Part shown: positions 39,798 through 49,921 of the stretch, one piece after another
Position numbering within the stretch: the first letter of the stretch is position 1
How the letters are laid out: the number at the start of each line of letters is the position of its first letter
From: Bacteroidota bacterium
GTDB lineage: Bacteria; Bacteroidota; Bacteroidia; UKL13-3
Direction: 5' to 3'
DNA length: 64,000 bases
NCBI GenBank assembly: GCA_051715425.1
Contig: JBPXJS010000042.1
Location: forward strand, 17,805-81,804
Made by a program: the position numbers and the translations under genes
The notes under the pieces: model-generated
The model's database searches: none
Seen by the model: only the letters and a program-made list of their open reading frames with translations
What the model was told of the DNA's origin: nothing

Positions 39798-41561
39798 TTA
39801 TTTTAAAAATACCAGTTTTTTGGTTGAAAGAATCTGACCATCTACCTCGAGCGAATAAAAATAAGTGCCTGATTGACTAAATCCATGTTCATAAAGCACC
39901 TCGTTGATGCCACTCTTCAGTTCAAGGGGAAGTTTTTGTATTAGCCTGCCTTGTATATCTGCAATTCGGATGCAGGCGAAATTGTATTCAGGAATTCTGT
40001 TTACCATTACAGAAATGGTTGTGGTTTCATCAAATGGATTCGGACTTGCTGGAAGCAGTTCAAGTGCATTCGTTTTGGTCAGTTCTTCCGTACCGGTTGG
40101 CGCCTGCTGTACCGCTTTCACACTTTTTTCGGGAGCAAACCTGCTTTCAATACCATTAACATCAACGGCAGCCACCGAAATAAAATAGAAAGTATCCTTT
40201 TTCACGTTGTACAATTTTGTTTCTGTGATACCTGTTATAGTTAGTACCGTGTCAAAATCATTTCTGGTGGTGCGCACCCCAATTTTGTAAGTTTGTATTC
40301 CTGCAATTGGGGTTATTCTGATGGTAATGCCGTTTCCATCGTTTCCTGTAATAAATTCAGGAGCATTGGGTGGACCTGAGGCTGCCATGGCCATACCGGT
40401 AGCATTAACCATTGCATTTCTCTTCAGGTAGTTAAGGTTCACGTACAGGCTGTCGGGAATCTGGTCTCCGTTCAAATCCTTACCAAGTACATCTCTTGTG
40501 GTGTGTTGCCGGTCTGTGTATGACGGGCTAATCTGGGCATCACCATGTTCATGTGTTGATGTATGACGAATGGCAGGATATCCCTGCTGCCTGAAAGGAA
40601 TATGGTCACCACCGCGGCCTGTGCGGTCTTCCGCATTCATAATATGTAGCGTAAAAGGGATGTCAAGGAGTGCTGCTGCTTCATCAAAAAATTCCATTTT
40701 TACAAAACGTGCCAGGTTTTTTTGCAACGATAGATTGGTGCCAAAGGAGAAAATTCGCATGCTGCTGCTGTCAATGGTATTTTCACCGGGGCATCCCGGA
40801 GGAGAAGCCGTTTTGCCGCACAAAATGCCACCTATTACATCATTGTTTAGCACTGCTTCTATTTTTATTCCTTTGGCAGCACAGTATAATGCAAAAGCGT
40901 TTGCTCCGTCAAGCCCCTGTTCTTCTCCGATGGTGACGATAAATACAAGGGTATTTTTGTAGCTGTATGCACTCATTACCCTTGCCAGTTCTATCACCAA
41001 AGCAGTGCCGCTGCCATTATCTTCCATACCATTGGCCATACAGGAAGTATCGCAGGCATCTTCACAACGGCTGTCCATATGCGCTTCCACCATCACCACT
41101 GATTTATCGGATGTATCGGTACCGGGCAATACGCAATAAATATTTCTGTGTTGTGCCATTCCGCAAATGGATTTATCAAATTGCAGGTAAGATGGAATGA
41201 TTCTGTTTGATTGTTGGGAACTGAATTGTTTAAACTTCTCAAATACCCAACGCCTTGCTGCGCCAATTCCTTTAACAGGAGATATCGTATCCGATCCGGT
41301 ATTCCGGTTATAAAAAGATGCCAGGGTGTTCAGATAACTTAACATGGAATCCGTATTCAGGTTGTTCCAAAGCCCTGTTATGATTTGTTGTTTGGTATAA
41401 GTTGGGGTTGGGGTGTATAAGGATGGATTGTAGTTTCCTTTCAGAATGTCTTCGGCAACCGGATTGGTGCTTATGATATTTGTTTGCGCCATTGCCATCC
41501 CGGCAAAAAGCAGCATCAGGCAAGTGATCAGCGTTTTCATAGACTTACTCAAATGTAACAA
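39798..41561 (-). CDS. Secreted M28-family zinc peptidase with a T9SS C-terminal sorting domain
   Basis: Signal peptide; M28 metal-binding region (HMDS ... DNGSG ... EEQGL ... GGDHIPF); a C-terminal beta-sandwich ending YFYSLEVDGQILSTKKLVFLK. Confidence 0.65.
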   Translation of the reverse strand: MLHLSKSMKTLITCLMLLFAGMAMAQTNIISTNPVAEDILKGNYNPSLYTPTPTYTKQQIITGLWNNLNTDSMLSYLNTLASFYNRNTGSDTISPVKGIGAARRWVFEKFKQFSSQQSNRIIPSYLQFDKSICGMAQHRNIYCVLPGTDTSDKSVVMVEAHMDSRCEDACDTSCMANGMEDNGSGTALVIELARVMSAYSYKNTLVFIVTIGEEQGLDGANAFALYCAAKGIKIEAVLNNDVIGGILCGKTASPPGCPGENTIDSSSMRIFSFGTNLSLQKNLARFVKMEFFDEAAALLDIPFTLHIMNAEDRTGRGGDHIPFRQQGYPAIRHTSTHEHGDAQISPSYTDRQHTTRDVLGKDLNGDQIPDSLYVNLNYLKRNAMVNATGMAMAASGPPNAPEFITGNDGNGITIRITPIAGIQTYKIGVRTTRNDFDTVLTITGITETKLYNVKKDTFYFISVAAVDVNGIESRFAPEKSVKAVQQAPTGTEELTKTNALELLPASPNPFDETTTISVMVNRIPEYNFACIRIADIQGRLIQKLPLELKSGINEVLYEHGFSQSGTYFYSLEVDGQILSTKKLVFLK

Positions 41562-41635
41562 AATTCCGGAAACAGGATTTTAAATTCTGCCTGAGGGAAT
41601 GCAATTAAAAACGCTGTTTTAAAAAAAGGTATTAT

Positions 41636-42592
41636 TTACAGAGAAACACTGTATATCTGCGCCACACCTGCCAGTTTACCCTTTTCAGCAACCAACAAGG
41701 AAGTAATTTTATGTTTGGTCATTAATTCTTCAGCCTCTGCCATTTTCATGGTTTTGCTTATTGTTTTAGGGTTTGGAGTCATGATGTCTTTTGCTTTAAG
41801 GCTAAATAGTTTCTCTGCAAACTTGTCCATAGCTCTCCTGAGGTCTCCATCAGTAACTACTCCTTTAATATTGTTTTTGTCTTCAACAATGGCCAAACCA
41901 AGCCTGCCTGCACTCATGGTATTAATCACTGTTTTTATCGAATCGTTTAATGAAACCACCGGTAGGTTGTCTTTATACATGCAATCTTCTACTGTAGTTA
42001 ATAACCTGCGTCCTAAACTTCCACCGGGATGAAATTTGGCAAAGTCTTCCGATTTGAAATTGCGTGCCTTCATCAGTGCCACAGCCAATGCATCGCCCAT
42101 GGCTAAGGTAGCAGTTGTTGATGAGGTGGGTGCCAGTTCAAGCGGACAAGCCTCCTTGTATACTTTTACGTTTAAATGAAAGTTGCTGTGTTGTGCGAGT
42201 GTTGATTGAGGATTCCCACTCATTCCTATCAACGGAATTTTTGAAGCTTTGATAAATGGAATAATTTTAAGCAGTTCTTCTGTTTCACCTGAATATGAAA
42301 TACCCACTACTATATCTTCCTTTTTTAGCATACCCAAATCGCCATGAAAAGCCTCAACCGGATGCAGGAACATACTTGGCGTTCCAGTGCTTGCAAGGGT
42401 TGCTGAAATTTTTCGGCCAATTAATCCCGATTTCCCCACACCGGTTATTACCAACCTGCCTTTACTTTTAAGGATCGTATCTATCACTTTGCCAAAGTTA
42501 TCATCAATTAATTTGCTTAAATCACTGATGGATTTTGCTTCAATCTGAAATACTTCTTTAGCGTAATTGGTGTAGGTGCTGTGCTTACTCAT
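41636..42592 (-). CDS. kdsD: Arabinose-5-phosphate isomerase (KpsF/GutQ/KdsD family; SIS plus tandem CBS)
   Basis: SIS domain with GVGKSGLIGRKISATLASTG, followed by two CBS domains. Confidence 0.75.
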   Translation of the reverse strand: MSKHSTYTNYAKEVFQIEAKSISDLSKLIDDNFGKVIDTILKSKGRLVITGVGKSGLIGRKISATLASTGTPSMFLHPVEAFHGDLGMLKKEDIVVGISYSGETEELLKIIPFIKASKIPLIGMSGNPQSTLAQHSNFHLNVKVYKEACPLELAPTSSTTATLAMGDALAVALMKARNFKSEDFAKFHPGGSLGRRLLTTVEDCMYKDNLPVVSLNDSIKTVINTMSAGRLGLAIVEDKNNIKGVVTDGDLRRAMDKFAEKLFSLKAKDIMTPNPKTISKTMKMAEAEELMTKHKITSLLVAEKGKLAGVAQIYSVSL

Positions 42593-42777
42593 TGGTGCGA
42601 AGATAAGAATTGTGTACCTGATAAAAATATCATAAAGTCATTTCTGTATAGCAAAGCACAATTGGCTAAAGAAATGAGATGTTTTGTAAATAAAATGGAA
42701 CTTGAAATGAATAAAATTAATAATTTATTAAATAATATTAATATTTTAATTAGTTTTGTTTCATTATACCATGAGTA

Positions 42778-43071
42778 ATGGCTTTAACAACTGAAAAAAA
42801 ACTACCTCAGCTTTGTCCTAGTTGCCAGAATAAACTAAGTGTTAAAAAGCTGGTATGTATGAATTGTGAAACAGAAGTGGATGGTTTATACCAAATGCCA
42901 ACCTTATCTGCCCTTACCCCGGAGGAGCAGGCTTTCGTTATTGATTTTATGAAATCAAGCGGAAGCCTTAAAGATATGGCAAAGATCATGGGGCTTAGTT
43001 ATCCCAGCGTGCGTAATTACCTCGATGAGATTATTTCAAAACTCAATAAGCTCGAGAAAAACAAGAAATAG
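42778..43071 (+). CDS. DUF2089-like small protein (zinc-ribbon plus HTH)
   Basis: N-terminal CPSC...CMNC zinc ribbon and a C-terminal HTH-like segment (MAKIMGLSYPSVRNYLDEI). Confidence 0.55.
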   Translation: MALTTEKKLPQLCPSCQNKLSVKKLVCMNCETEVDGLYQMPTLSALTPEEQAFVIDFMKSSGSLKDMAKIMGLSYPSVRNYLDEIISKLNKLEKNKK

Positions 43072-43074
43072 CCT

Positions 43075-43656
43075 ATGAAAACGAACTACGAAACATGGTT
43101 GTTTAATCCGTTTAAATTGATTGCAGGATGGAGTGCGTTTGGCCTGGGAAGTTTTTTTATCCTTTTAATGGTGATACTGCTGTCATTTACACCATTAAGT
43201 CTGGATGGGGTGGTGGATGTGCATATCACAGGCATTAAACCTATCATCACTCATGCAGGAATGATGTTTATAAATGTCTTTTCCATGATATTATTTCTCC
43301 TTATTTCAGGCAGGGTTCTTTCCGGAAATGCCTTCAGGTTAATTGATATTGTAGGTACCCAGATGCTGGCAAAAGCACCTTTTTTGTTGGTGGTTATTAC
43401 CGGTTTTTTTATCGAACCTCAAACCGGAGAGGCAATTCTCAAGGCAGCCGGAAGTGGGAATATGAATGATGTGTTTTCAGGAAAAGTGATCTTGCTCATT
43501 GTTGTATCTGTTGTTGCAACGGTATGGTCTGTTATTCTCATGTACCGTTCTTATAGCATTTGTTTTCATATCAGCGGTACCAAATCCGTAGTATCCTTTA
43601 TTGTTTGTTTTCTACTCGCAGAGGTGGCATCAAAAATTCTGATTCTTTCCATTTAA
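43075..43656 (+). CDS. Integral membrane protein, hypothetical, partner of DUF2089
   Basis: 193 aa with about 5 TM segments. Its start is 4 nt after the DUF2089 stop. Confidence 0.45.
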   Translation: MKTNYETWLFNPFKLIAGWSAFGLGSFFILLMVILLSFTPLSLDGVVDVHITGIKPIITHAGMMFINVFSMILFLLISGRVLSGNAFRLIDIVGTQMLAKAPFLLVVITGFFIEPQTGEAILKAAGSGNMNDVFSGKVILLIVVSVVATVWSVILMYRSYSICFHISGTKSVVSFIVCFLLAEVASKILILSI

Positions 43657-43667
43657 ACTTAACCCCT

Positions 43668-44879
43668 ATGAAAAAAAGTATCTTATTGTTGATGGCCTGC
43701 GCCATGCTGTTAAACCTGAAAGCACAGGTATCAGTTGAAGTATCATTTGTGCATGAAGGTTTACAGTTGAATGGTACACTTACCAAACCTTCTTCTGTTG
43801 GTGTTTTTCCTTTAATTATTATTTGTCCGGGTTCCGGGGCGAATGACCGTAACGCCACATTGCCTTTGCTGGGTGCAACGGTGCAATGTTTTTATCCCGC
43901 TATTTATGGTGATACACTGAGACCATATAAAGACCTGGCTGAAGCATTAACAGCAAAAGGTTATGCTGTATTGCGCTATGATAAGATTGAGTATACCTAT
44001 CCGAATCCGGGCACTATTACTTTTCGCAAATTGTGGCTTCCGGTAATGAGTGCCGTTGATTATGCAAAAACAAGAAATGATATTGATGCGTCAAAAATTA
44101 TACTTGCCGGACACAGTGAAAGTGGCATGTTAATTCCCTACATATCAAAACAACGCAATGATATTTTTGCTTTGATAAACCTGGCCGGAGCCCGCACCTC
44201 ATTCGATTCTTTGCTTGCTTATCAGTATCGCACTTTCCCCCGTATGTGCAACAGCGATACCACCCAAACAGATCTGATAGCTTCACAGACGCTAGCCTAT
44301 TTTCAACTGATCAGGTCGGGCACATGGAATGGATCAACGCCTCCGTTTGCCGGAGTACCTGCAGCTGTTTGGGCAGAGTATACCCGCATAGGCGATTCTG
44401 TTGTTCACAACTACAACCTCTCGTTAAAACCATTATTATTTATTGGATTGGAAAAGGATATCAATGTACCTGTAACAACAGAGTACGAGCGGTTTAAAAA
44501 AGAAATTACCACACCCGCCACTTTTGTGCGTTTGCCTGATATTATTCATTACATGAACCCGTTTAATAATAAACGTATTAGTCCTTCGATACCTGATACC
44601 ATTGCCTGGTGGCTTCAAAGCAAAGGGGTAAGCGCTACGGGTAATTTATTAAACCTGGTAAAAAAGCTGAAAGTATTATATAAGGACAATCAAATAGAAC
44701 TTAATGTGCAAAATGAAACCATTACAGAAGTTGCTGTATACGATATGGCCGGTTCCTGTGTACTTCGTTTTGCAAAAGGGCAAACTTCTTTTTCTGCGGA
44801 GACCTTGCGCAAGGGTATGTATATTTTAAAGGTAAATTCAGGCATGCTGGTTTACACTGAAAAACTACTTGTGAGGTAA
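43668..44879 (+). CDS. Secreted alpha/beta hydrolase (dienelactone-hydrolase-like) with a T9SS C-terminal domain
   Basis: Starts at the internal ATG, with signal peptide MKKSILLLMACAMLLNLKAQ. GHSESG nucleophile elbow. The C-terminus (MYILKVNSGMLVYTEKLLVR) is T9SS-CTD-like. Confidence 0.55.
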   Translation: MKKSILLLMACAMLLNLKAQVSVEVSFVHEGLQLNGTLTKPSSVGVFPLIIICPGSGANDRNATLPLLGATVQCFYPAIYGDTLRPYKDLAEALTAKGYAVLRYDKIEYTYPNPGTITFRKLWLPVMSAVDYAKTRNDIDASKIILAGHSESGMLIPYISKQRNDIFALINLAGARTSFDSLLAYQYRTFPRMCNSDTTQTDLIASQTLAYFQLIRSGTWNGSTPPFAGVPAAVWAEYTRIGDSVVHNYNLSLKPLLFIGLEKDINVPVTTEYERFKKEITTPATFVRLPDIIHYMNPFNNKRISPSIPDTIAWWLQSKGVSATGNLLNLVKKLKVLYKDNQIELNVQNETITEVAVYDMAGSCVLRFAKGQTSFSAETLRKGMYILKVNSGMLVYTEKLLVR

Positions 44880-44885
44880 CTCTTC

Positions 44886-45803
44886 CTACAGTTGTGAGCC
44901 GAGATCATGAATGAGTAATCCGGTTCGGACACTCACTCCTTTTCCGTTCAGGTGATAGGGGGTATTAAATAGAAGTGAATCGGGCATCACGTATTTTTCC
45001 GGGGTTCCTAATACCTTAAATCCTCTTTGATGAAGGGCAGATTCAAGCTGTTTTATTTGTTTTCTGCTGTTTAAAAAAGACGTGAACTGAATGCCGGGAA
45101 ATGTGATAAATAGTATTGCCTTTTTCTGAACTAACTCCTTTTTAAAAGACGCAAGTTGATCTAACAGGACTGTATTCAGAGGTCTTTTTTCCGGGGGATA
45201 AGCTTTAAATGGCTGTGGCAATGAATCCCTGTGGGTATATACATCCCCATATACATTGAAGGCATCAACACCATACACATTCAGGTTCTTGTAATGAACA
45301 TATTCTGATGGATAAAATTTGCTTAAAGCATACCGGGGTAAATAGGGTAAAATATTTCTCCATTGTTTAATGTTTAAATTTGTTAACTCTGATGGTGAAA
45401 GGTCCAACACACTTTTTAGCAGGGCTTCCCCTCCGTATGCCGATTGGCCAAAATACTGCTGGTATTCTGAGGAGATAACCACCACATCCTTTTCTCTGAT
45501 ATACGGGAGTGTATGATTTAACATATATAACAAACCCAGAGAGGCCTGAATGCCCGTATTCACCGGAAACAGGTTTAATGAATCATGGATCATGCTGCTG
45601 TTTATTCCAAAACTCAGGTTCGATCCACCAATAAAAATTACTCTTGGGGATGGTGCATATTGCAATAAAGAGTCTTTACGGATGCGCGAAAACAATAAGG
45701 ATTCAGATGCCCGTGGTGTAGGTGGTAAAAATATGGCAGCCATTAATACCAACATCAGTATGAAGAAAAAGGTAAGGATATGCAGTATAAATTTCTTCAT
45801 CAA
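44886..45803 (-). CDS. Membrane-anchored extracytoplasmic protein, putative partner of MBOAT (DltD/AlgJ-like role)
   Basis: Single N-terminal TM and a 270-aa soluble domain. Its start overlaps the stop of the upstream MBOAT gene. Confidence 0.35.
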   Translation of the reverse strand: MMKKFILHILTFFFILMLVLMAAIFLPPTPRASESLLFSRIRKDSLLQYAPSPRVIFIGGSNLSFGINSSMIHDSLNLFPVNTGIQASLGLLYMLNHTLPYIREKDVVVISSEYQQYFGQSAYGGEALLKSVLDLSPSELTNLNIKQWRNILPYLPRYALSKFYPSEYVHYKNLNVYGVDAFNVYGDVYTHRDSLPQPFKAYPPEKRPLNTVLLDQLASFKKELVQKKAILFITFPGIQFTSFLNSRKQIKQLESALHQRGFKVLGTPEKYVMPDSLLFNTPYHLNGKGVSVRTGLLIHDLGSQL

Positions 45804-47236
45804 AACTGAAAGTAAATAAATTGTTGGTCTTTACCGAAATGAATGAGAATGGTTAAACTAAGAATAAGATAAACAGCCCAGCGTAAAGGCCTGTACCAGC
45901 TTGTGAATAAACCCTCCAATGCAAATTCTTTTTCCCTCCCTGCCCATTCTATTACCAGCAATAAACCAATAAAGAATAAAAGTTTTAGCGGAAGCAATAC
46001 AGGTACAGAAAATAAGTCAGGTGTAAAAAGGTTGCCTATATATGCCAATGCACTGGTTAATGATTCGGCTCTGAAAAATATCCAGCCAAAGGTGGTAAGT
46101 GTAAAGGTGAACAATATCTGTAACACTTCTTTTACAGATGGAAATACTTTTCCGGAGGCTACCGTATTCAGGTTTTTTCTGTTTGCTCCAAATAAAAGCA
46201 GGGGCAGAAAACACAGCGCGTGAAAAACTCCCCAAACAATAAAGGTAAGGTTGGCTCCATGCCACAAGCCGCTTAATAAAAAAACAATAAAGGTATTGCG
46301 GATGGTGGTGAAGTTATTTCCTTTACTTCCCCCCAACGGAATATAAATATAATCCCTGAACCAGGAGGTTAGTGAAATATGCCAGCGCCTCCAAAACTCA
46401 GCTATATCTCTGGAGAAATAGGGGAAAGCGAAGTTTCGCATCAGGTTAATCCCAAACAGACGCCCTGTGCCGATAGCAATATCAGAATACCCGGAGAAAT
46501 CTCCATAAATCTGGATGGCAAATAAAAAGGCGCCAAGTGCGAGGGTGCTACCTGTATATTGGTCACTGTGGTTAAACAGATGGTTTACATAACCTGCGCA
46601 AGTATCGGCAATCACTATTTTCTTGAAAAGGCCCCACAATATTTGTCTTAATCCGCTTACTGCATGTGTCCTGCTGAATATTCTTGGTTGGGTAAATTGC
46701 GGAAGCAGGTGTGCTGCACGTTCAATCGGACCCGCCACCAGTTGAGGGAAAAAACTCACAAAAGCGAAAAACGCTATCAGGTTATTGGTGGGTTCTGTTC
46801 TTTTGCGATATACATCAATAGCATAGCTTAAAGTTTGAAACGTGTAAAAACTGATGCCTACAGGAAGTACCAGGTGAAGTGTATAAGGTTGAAAAGTATA
46901 ACCAAGTAAAGAAAATCCGGAAACAAAGGATTGTACAAAAAAGTTAAAATACTTAAAGGTGAGAAGTAATCCGATATTAACAAGGATACTCAAGCCAAGT
47001 AACATCTTTCGTTGCCCTGGTTTTTCGGTTTTGCCTAAAAGAATACCAACAATGTAATCAGTAAGGGCACTGATAACAAGCAATGACAAAAAGCGCCAAT
47101 CCCACCAACCATAAAACACAAAGCTTGATAATACGATGAGGCTGTTTTGCAGCAATAAACTCCGGTTGGTAACAAACCAGTATAATATAAATACCAAAGG
47201 TAAAAATATACCGAAGTCAATTGAATTAAACAGCAT
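45800..47236 (-). CDS. MBOAT-family membrane-bound O-acyltransferase (AlgI/DltB-like)
   Basis: About 11 TM segments and a conserved His region (SGLWHGANLTF), the MBOAT catalytic-His context. Confidence 0.7.
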   Translation of the reverse strand: MLFNSIDFGIFLPLVFILYWFVTNRSLLLQNSLIVLSSFVFYGWWDWRFLSLLVISALTDYIVGILLGKTEKPGQRKMLLGLSILVNIGLLLTFKYFNFFVQSFVSGFSLLGYTFQPYTLHLVLPVGISFYTFQTLSYAIDVYRKRTEPTNNLIAFFAFVSFFPQLVAGPIERAAHLLPQFTQPRIFSRTHAVSGLRQILWGLFKKIVIADTCAGYVNHLFNHSDQYTGSTLALGAFLFAIQIYGDFSGYSDIAIGTGRLFGINLMRNFAFPYFSRDIAEFWRRWHISLTSWFRDYIYIPLGGSKGNNFTTIRNTFIVFLLSGLWHGANLTFIVWGVFHALCFLPLLLFGANRKNLNTVASGKVFPSVKEVLQILFTFTLTTFGWIFFRAESLTSALAYIGNLFTPDLFSVPVLLPLKLLFFIGLLLVIEWAGREKEFALEGLFTSWYRPLRWAVYLILSLTILIHFGKDQQFIYFQF

Positions 47237-47325
47237 GCATATGATGTGATTTGGTTATCCCAAATTGTGATGATGCTAATATAAGCATTACAGGCAATTT
47301 ATCTTCATTTGCCATGTATACAAAA

Positions 47326-47871
47326 TCAGGCCACTGTACTTTTATGAGGCATTAGCTGGTGAAATGCGGCCAATAGATTTTTTACCTGAGTGAATGTGTG
47401 CTCATCCGTGATGGTATTGTTATTGCCAATTTTTGTTTTCGCATACGAAATAACCAGTTGTGTTTCTTCTGTGATATTGGCTTCTATTATTTTCAGTGTT
47501 TCCATCAAAGAAGCGTGGCCCTTCAACCCCACAGATGAAGCCGTAATTAATGCGGTTGGTTTATGTGAAAATTCGCAGGAAGATACCGTCCAGTCAATGG
47601 CATTTTTCAAACTCCCGGGAACGCCCATGGCATATTCAGGTGTACAGATCAGGATACCATCAGCAGATTTTAATAACTGCCTGAAGGCCGCAACCTCAGC
47701 AGGTGGGGTATCTGTATAATCCAGGTCAGGATTAAAATGAGGAAGAGCAGCTATTTGGTCAAAAATAATCAGGTCAAAAATATCTGTTGTTAACTCTTTT
47801 ATTGCCTTTATCAGGCTCATATTGGTAGAAGCCGATTTAGTGCTTCCGGAAATAGCAACAATTTTTTTCAT
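47326..47871 (-). CDS. NADPH-dependent FMN reductase family protein
   Basis: MKKIVAISGSTKSASTN flavodoxin-like N-terminus. The start is chosen at the internal Met; the longer track ORF would overlap the OmpA gene. Confidence 0.6.
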   Translation of the reverse strand: MKKIVAISGSTKSASTNMSLIKAIKELTTDIFDLIIFDQIAALPHFNPDLDYTDTPPAEVAAFRQLLKSADGILICTPEYAMGVPGSLKNAIDWTVSSCEFSHKPTALITASSVGLKGHASLMETLKIIEANITEETQLVISYAKTKIGNNNTITDEHTFTQVKNLLAAFHQLMPHKSTVA

Positions 47872-47914
47872 ATACGTTAAAAAAAGGAAATGGTATGGTA
47901 GGAATGATAAACAG

Positions 47915-49819
47915 TTACCGGGCCAAAATTTTAAACTCGGTTCTCCGGTTTTGTTTGCGGCCTGCTTCTGTTTTGTTATCTGCAATGGGTTGCACCTCGG
48001 CATAACCTTTATAGCTTAATCGTGCAGCGTCAATTCCGTTTTGCTGTAAATAATCGTACACAGCTTTTGCACGGTTGTTGGAGAGGGCAAGATTTTTTTC
48101 TTTTACACCCGTATTATCGGTATGTCCGCCAATTTCTATTTTCATGGTGGCATTGGCTTTAAGGAATGCAATTAATTTATTCAACTCCACTTTCGATTCT
48201 GCTTTCAGTTCAAATTTATCTACATCAAAGAATATGTTTTTTAATACCACGCGTCCGCCTTCTATAATCTGATTTAGCGGTACATCCAGAGTAAGTGGTT
48301 CGGTGGCCGGCTGGTTTTTCAGAGAGAAGTTTTCTGAATAAAACAGATACCCTTCGCACGAAACATTAAGGGCATAATTTTTATTTCCCTGCAAACAAAA
48401 TAAAAACTGCCCTGTGAGTTTATTCGATACGGCTTCAATAACGGTTTTCTCTGTTTCCAGATCAATCAGTTCAATGCGTGCTCGTAGTTTTTTTAACGTT
48501 CTTGCATCGTAAACTATTCCCTTCACATAACCTGTTTTAATAGGACGTATTTTTTCATGCAATACAAACCCTAATATATCCAAACCTCCAAGTCCACCGG
48601 GTCTTTCAGTAGCAATATAAGCATCCACCCCGTTTGCAGCAATGGCCAGGCATCTCTCGTCTTTATGGGAGTTAATAGGAAATCCAAGATTCTCCGGTTG
48701 GCCCCATTTTCCATTGGCTTGTTTTCTGGAGATAAACAGGTCATTGCCTCCTAATCCCAAATGTCCGTCAGAAGAAAAATACAGGGTTTGATCATCCTTG
48801 GCGATAAAAGGAGATTCTTCGTTTCCGGGGGTATTGATTTCGGGACCCATATTAATGGGTGGACTCCAGCGTCCTTTGGTATAAGTGGTATACCATAAAT
48901 CCATTTCTCCGTATCCTCCGGGTCTGTTGCTGCTAAAGTATAAGGTACGTCCGTCAAATGAAACACTGGGTTGCGATTCCCAGGCCCGTGTATTTACCGG
49001 AAAGCCCAGGCTGCGTGGTTCCCGCCAAAGATCTCCGTCAAGTGCACTAAAATACAAATCACAGCTTCCCTCCGCATTCGCCCTGTTGCAGGCAGTGAAA
49101 AACACATATTGTCCGTCAGCAGAAATGGAAACCGTTCCTTCATTCTGATCTGTATTAATGGGCTGACCCATATTAAAAGATTTGGTCCAGTTTTGGTCAT
49201 TTCCTTTTTTGCTCACATAAAACTCCTCTGTCATATTCCCTTCAAGTCGGGTATAAATCAAGGTTTGTTCATCGGCTGTGGTTCCCGGGAAATACTCATC
49301 TAAAGGAGAATTAATAGCAGGGCCCAAATTTTTGGAATCAAAAGGTACAGGGTTTTTTACCGCATTGGTTCCAAAAGCGGCTATAGCTTCTGTATGAGCT
49401 ATTTTACCTGCATCAATCTGGTTGCCTTTTTTCTCCTTGTATTGTTTGATATAATTTAAGGCTGTTTCAAACTCACCATAACTCAATGCCGCATAGGCCA
49501 GTTTATAGTATGGTATCTGAAAATCGGGGTTAATCTCAATTACTTTCCGGTATAGGTTTATGGCTTCGGTAAACTGATCATTTTGTTCGCGCAGATCGGC
49601 AAGCAACATCATGGCATCAATAAATTTAGGATCCTCTTCGAGTATTTTATTCAGCAGTGGCAATGCCTTCTTATAATCCATGATGGTAAATGCCTGAAGT
49701 GCTTCTCCAAACAATTTTTCTGCTTTTTTATTGGTGGTTCCGGTAAATGGCCTGTCGGTTTGGGCTTTTACAGCACCAAGGCTAAGCAACAAAAGAAAGG
49801 AGATCAGTAGCTGTTTCAT
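47915..49819 (-). CDS. OmpA-family protein with N-terminal TPR repeats and a TolB-like beta-propeller
   Basis: Signal peptide, TPR helices, and repeated propeller blades (EYFPGTTADEQTLIYT ...). The C-terminal OmpA domain reads GHTDNTG ... NRRTEF. Confidence 0.7.
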   Translation of the reverse strand: MKQLLISFLLLLSLGAVKAQTDRPFTGTTNKKAEKLFGEALQAFTIMDYKKALPLLNKILEEDPKFIDAMMLLADLREQNDQFTEAINLYRKVIEINPDFQIPYYKLAYAALSYGEFETALNYIKQYKEKKGNQIDAGKIAHTEAIAAFGTNAVKNPVPFDSKNLGPAINSPLDEYFPGTTADEQTLIYTRLEGNMTEEFYVSKKGNDQNWTKSFNMGQPINTDQNEGTVSISADGQYVFFTACNRANAEGSCDLYFSALDGDLWREPRSLGFPVNTRAWESQPSVSFDGRTLYFSSNRPGGYGEMDLWYTTYTKGRWSPPINMGPEINTPGNEESPFIAKDDQTLYFSSDGHLGLGGNDLFISRKQANGKWGQPENLGFPINSHKDERCLAIAANGVDAYIATERPGGLGGLDILGFVLHEKIRPIKTGYVKGIVYDARTLKKLRARIELIDLETEKTVIEAVSNKLTGQFLFCLQGNKNYALNVSCEGYLFYSENFSLKNQPATEPLTLDVPLNQIIEGGRVVLKNIFFDVDKFELKAESKVELNKLIAFLKANATMKIEIGGHTDNTGVKEKNLALSNNRAKAVYDYLQQNGIDAARLSYKGYAEVQPIADNKTEAGRKQNRRTEFKILAR

Positions 49820-49921
49820 TCAGGAATAAATGTATAACGCAATATACTGTTTTCAAGGTATACCTCATGTGGCACTTTCATCCCCCGATGTTGAAATCTT
49901 TTGGCAGGCTTTGTGGTACAC

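Noticed and set aside
41562-41635. Weak AAAAC-agc-GTTTT hairpin downstream of kdsD
   Set aside because: The stem is 5 bp of A-U pairs only, which is not convincing as a terminator.
47872-48003. Long N-terminal extension of the FMN reductase ORF
   Set aside because: The extension would overlap the OmpA-family gene by about 90 nt. The internal Met gives the canonical MKKIVAISGS flavodoxin-like start.
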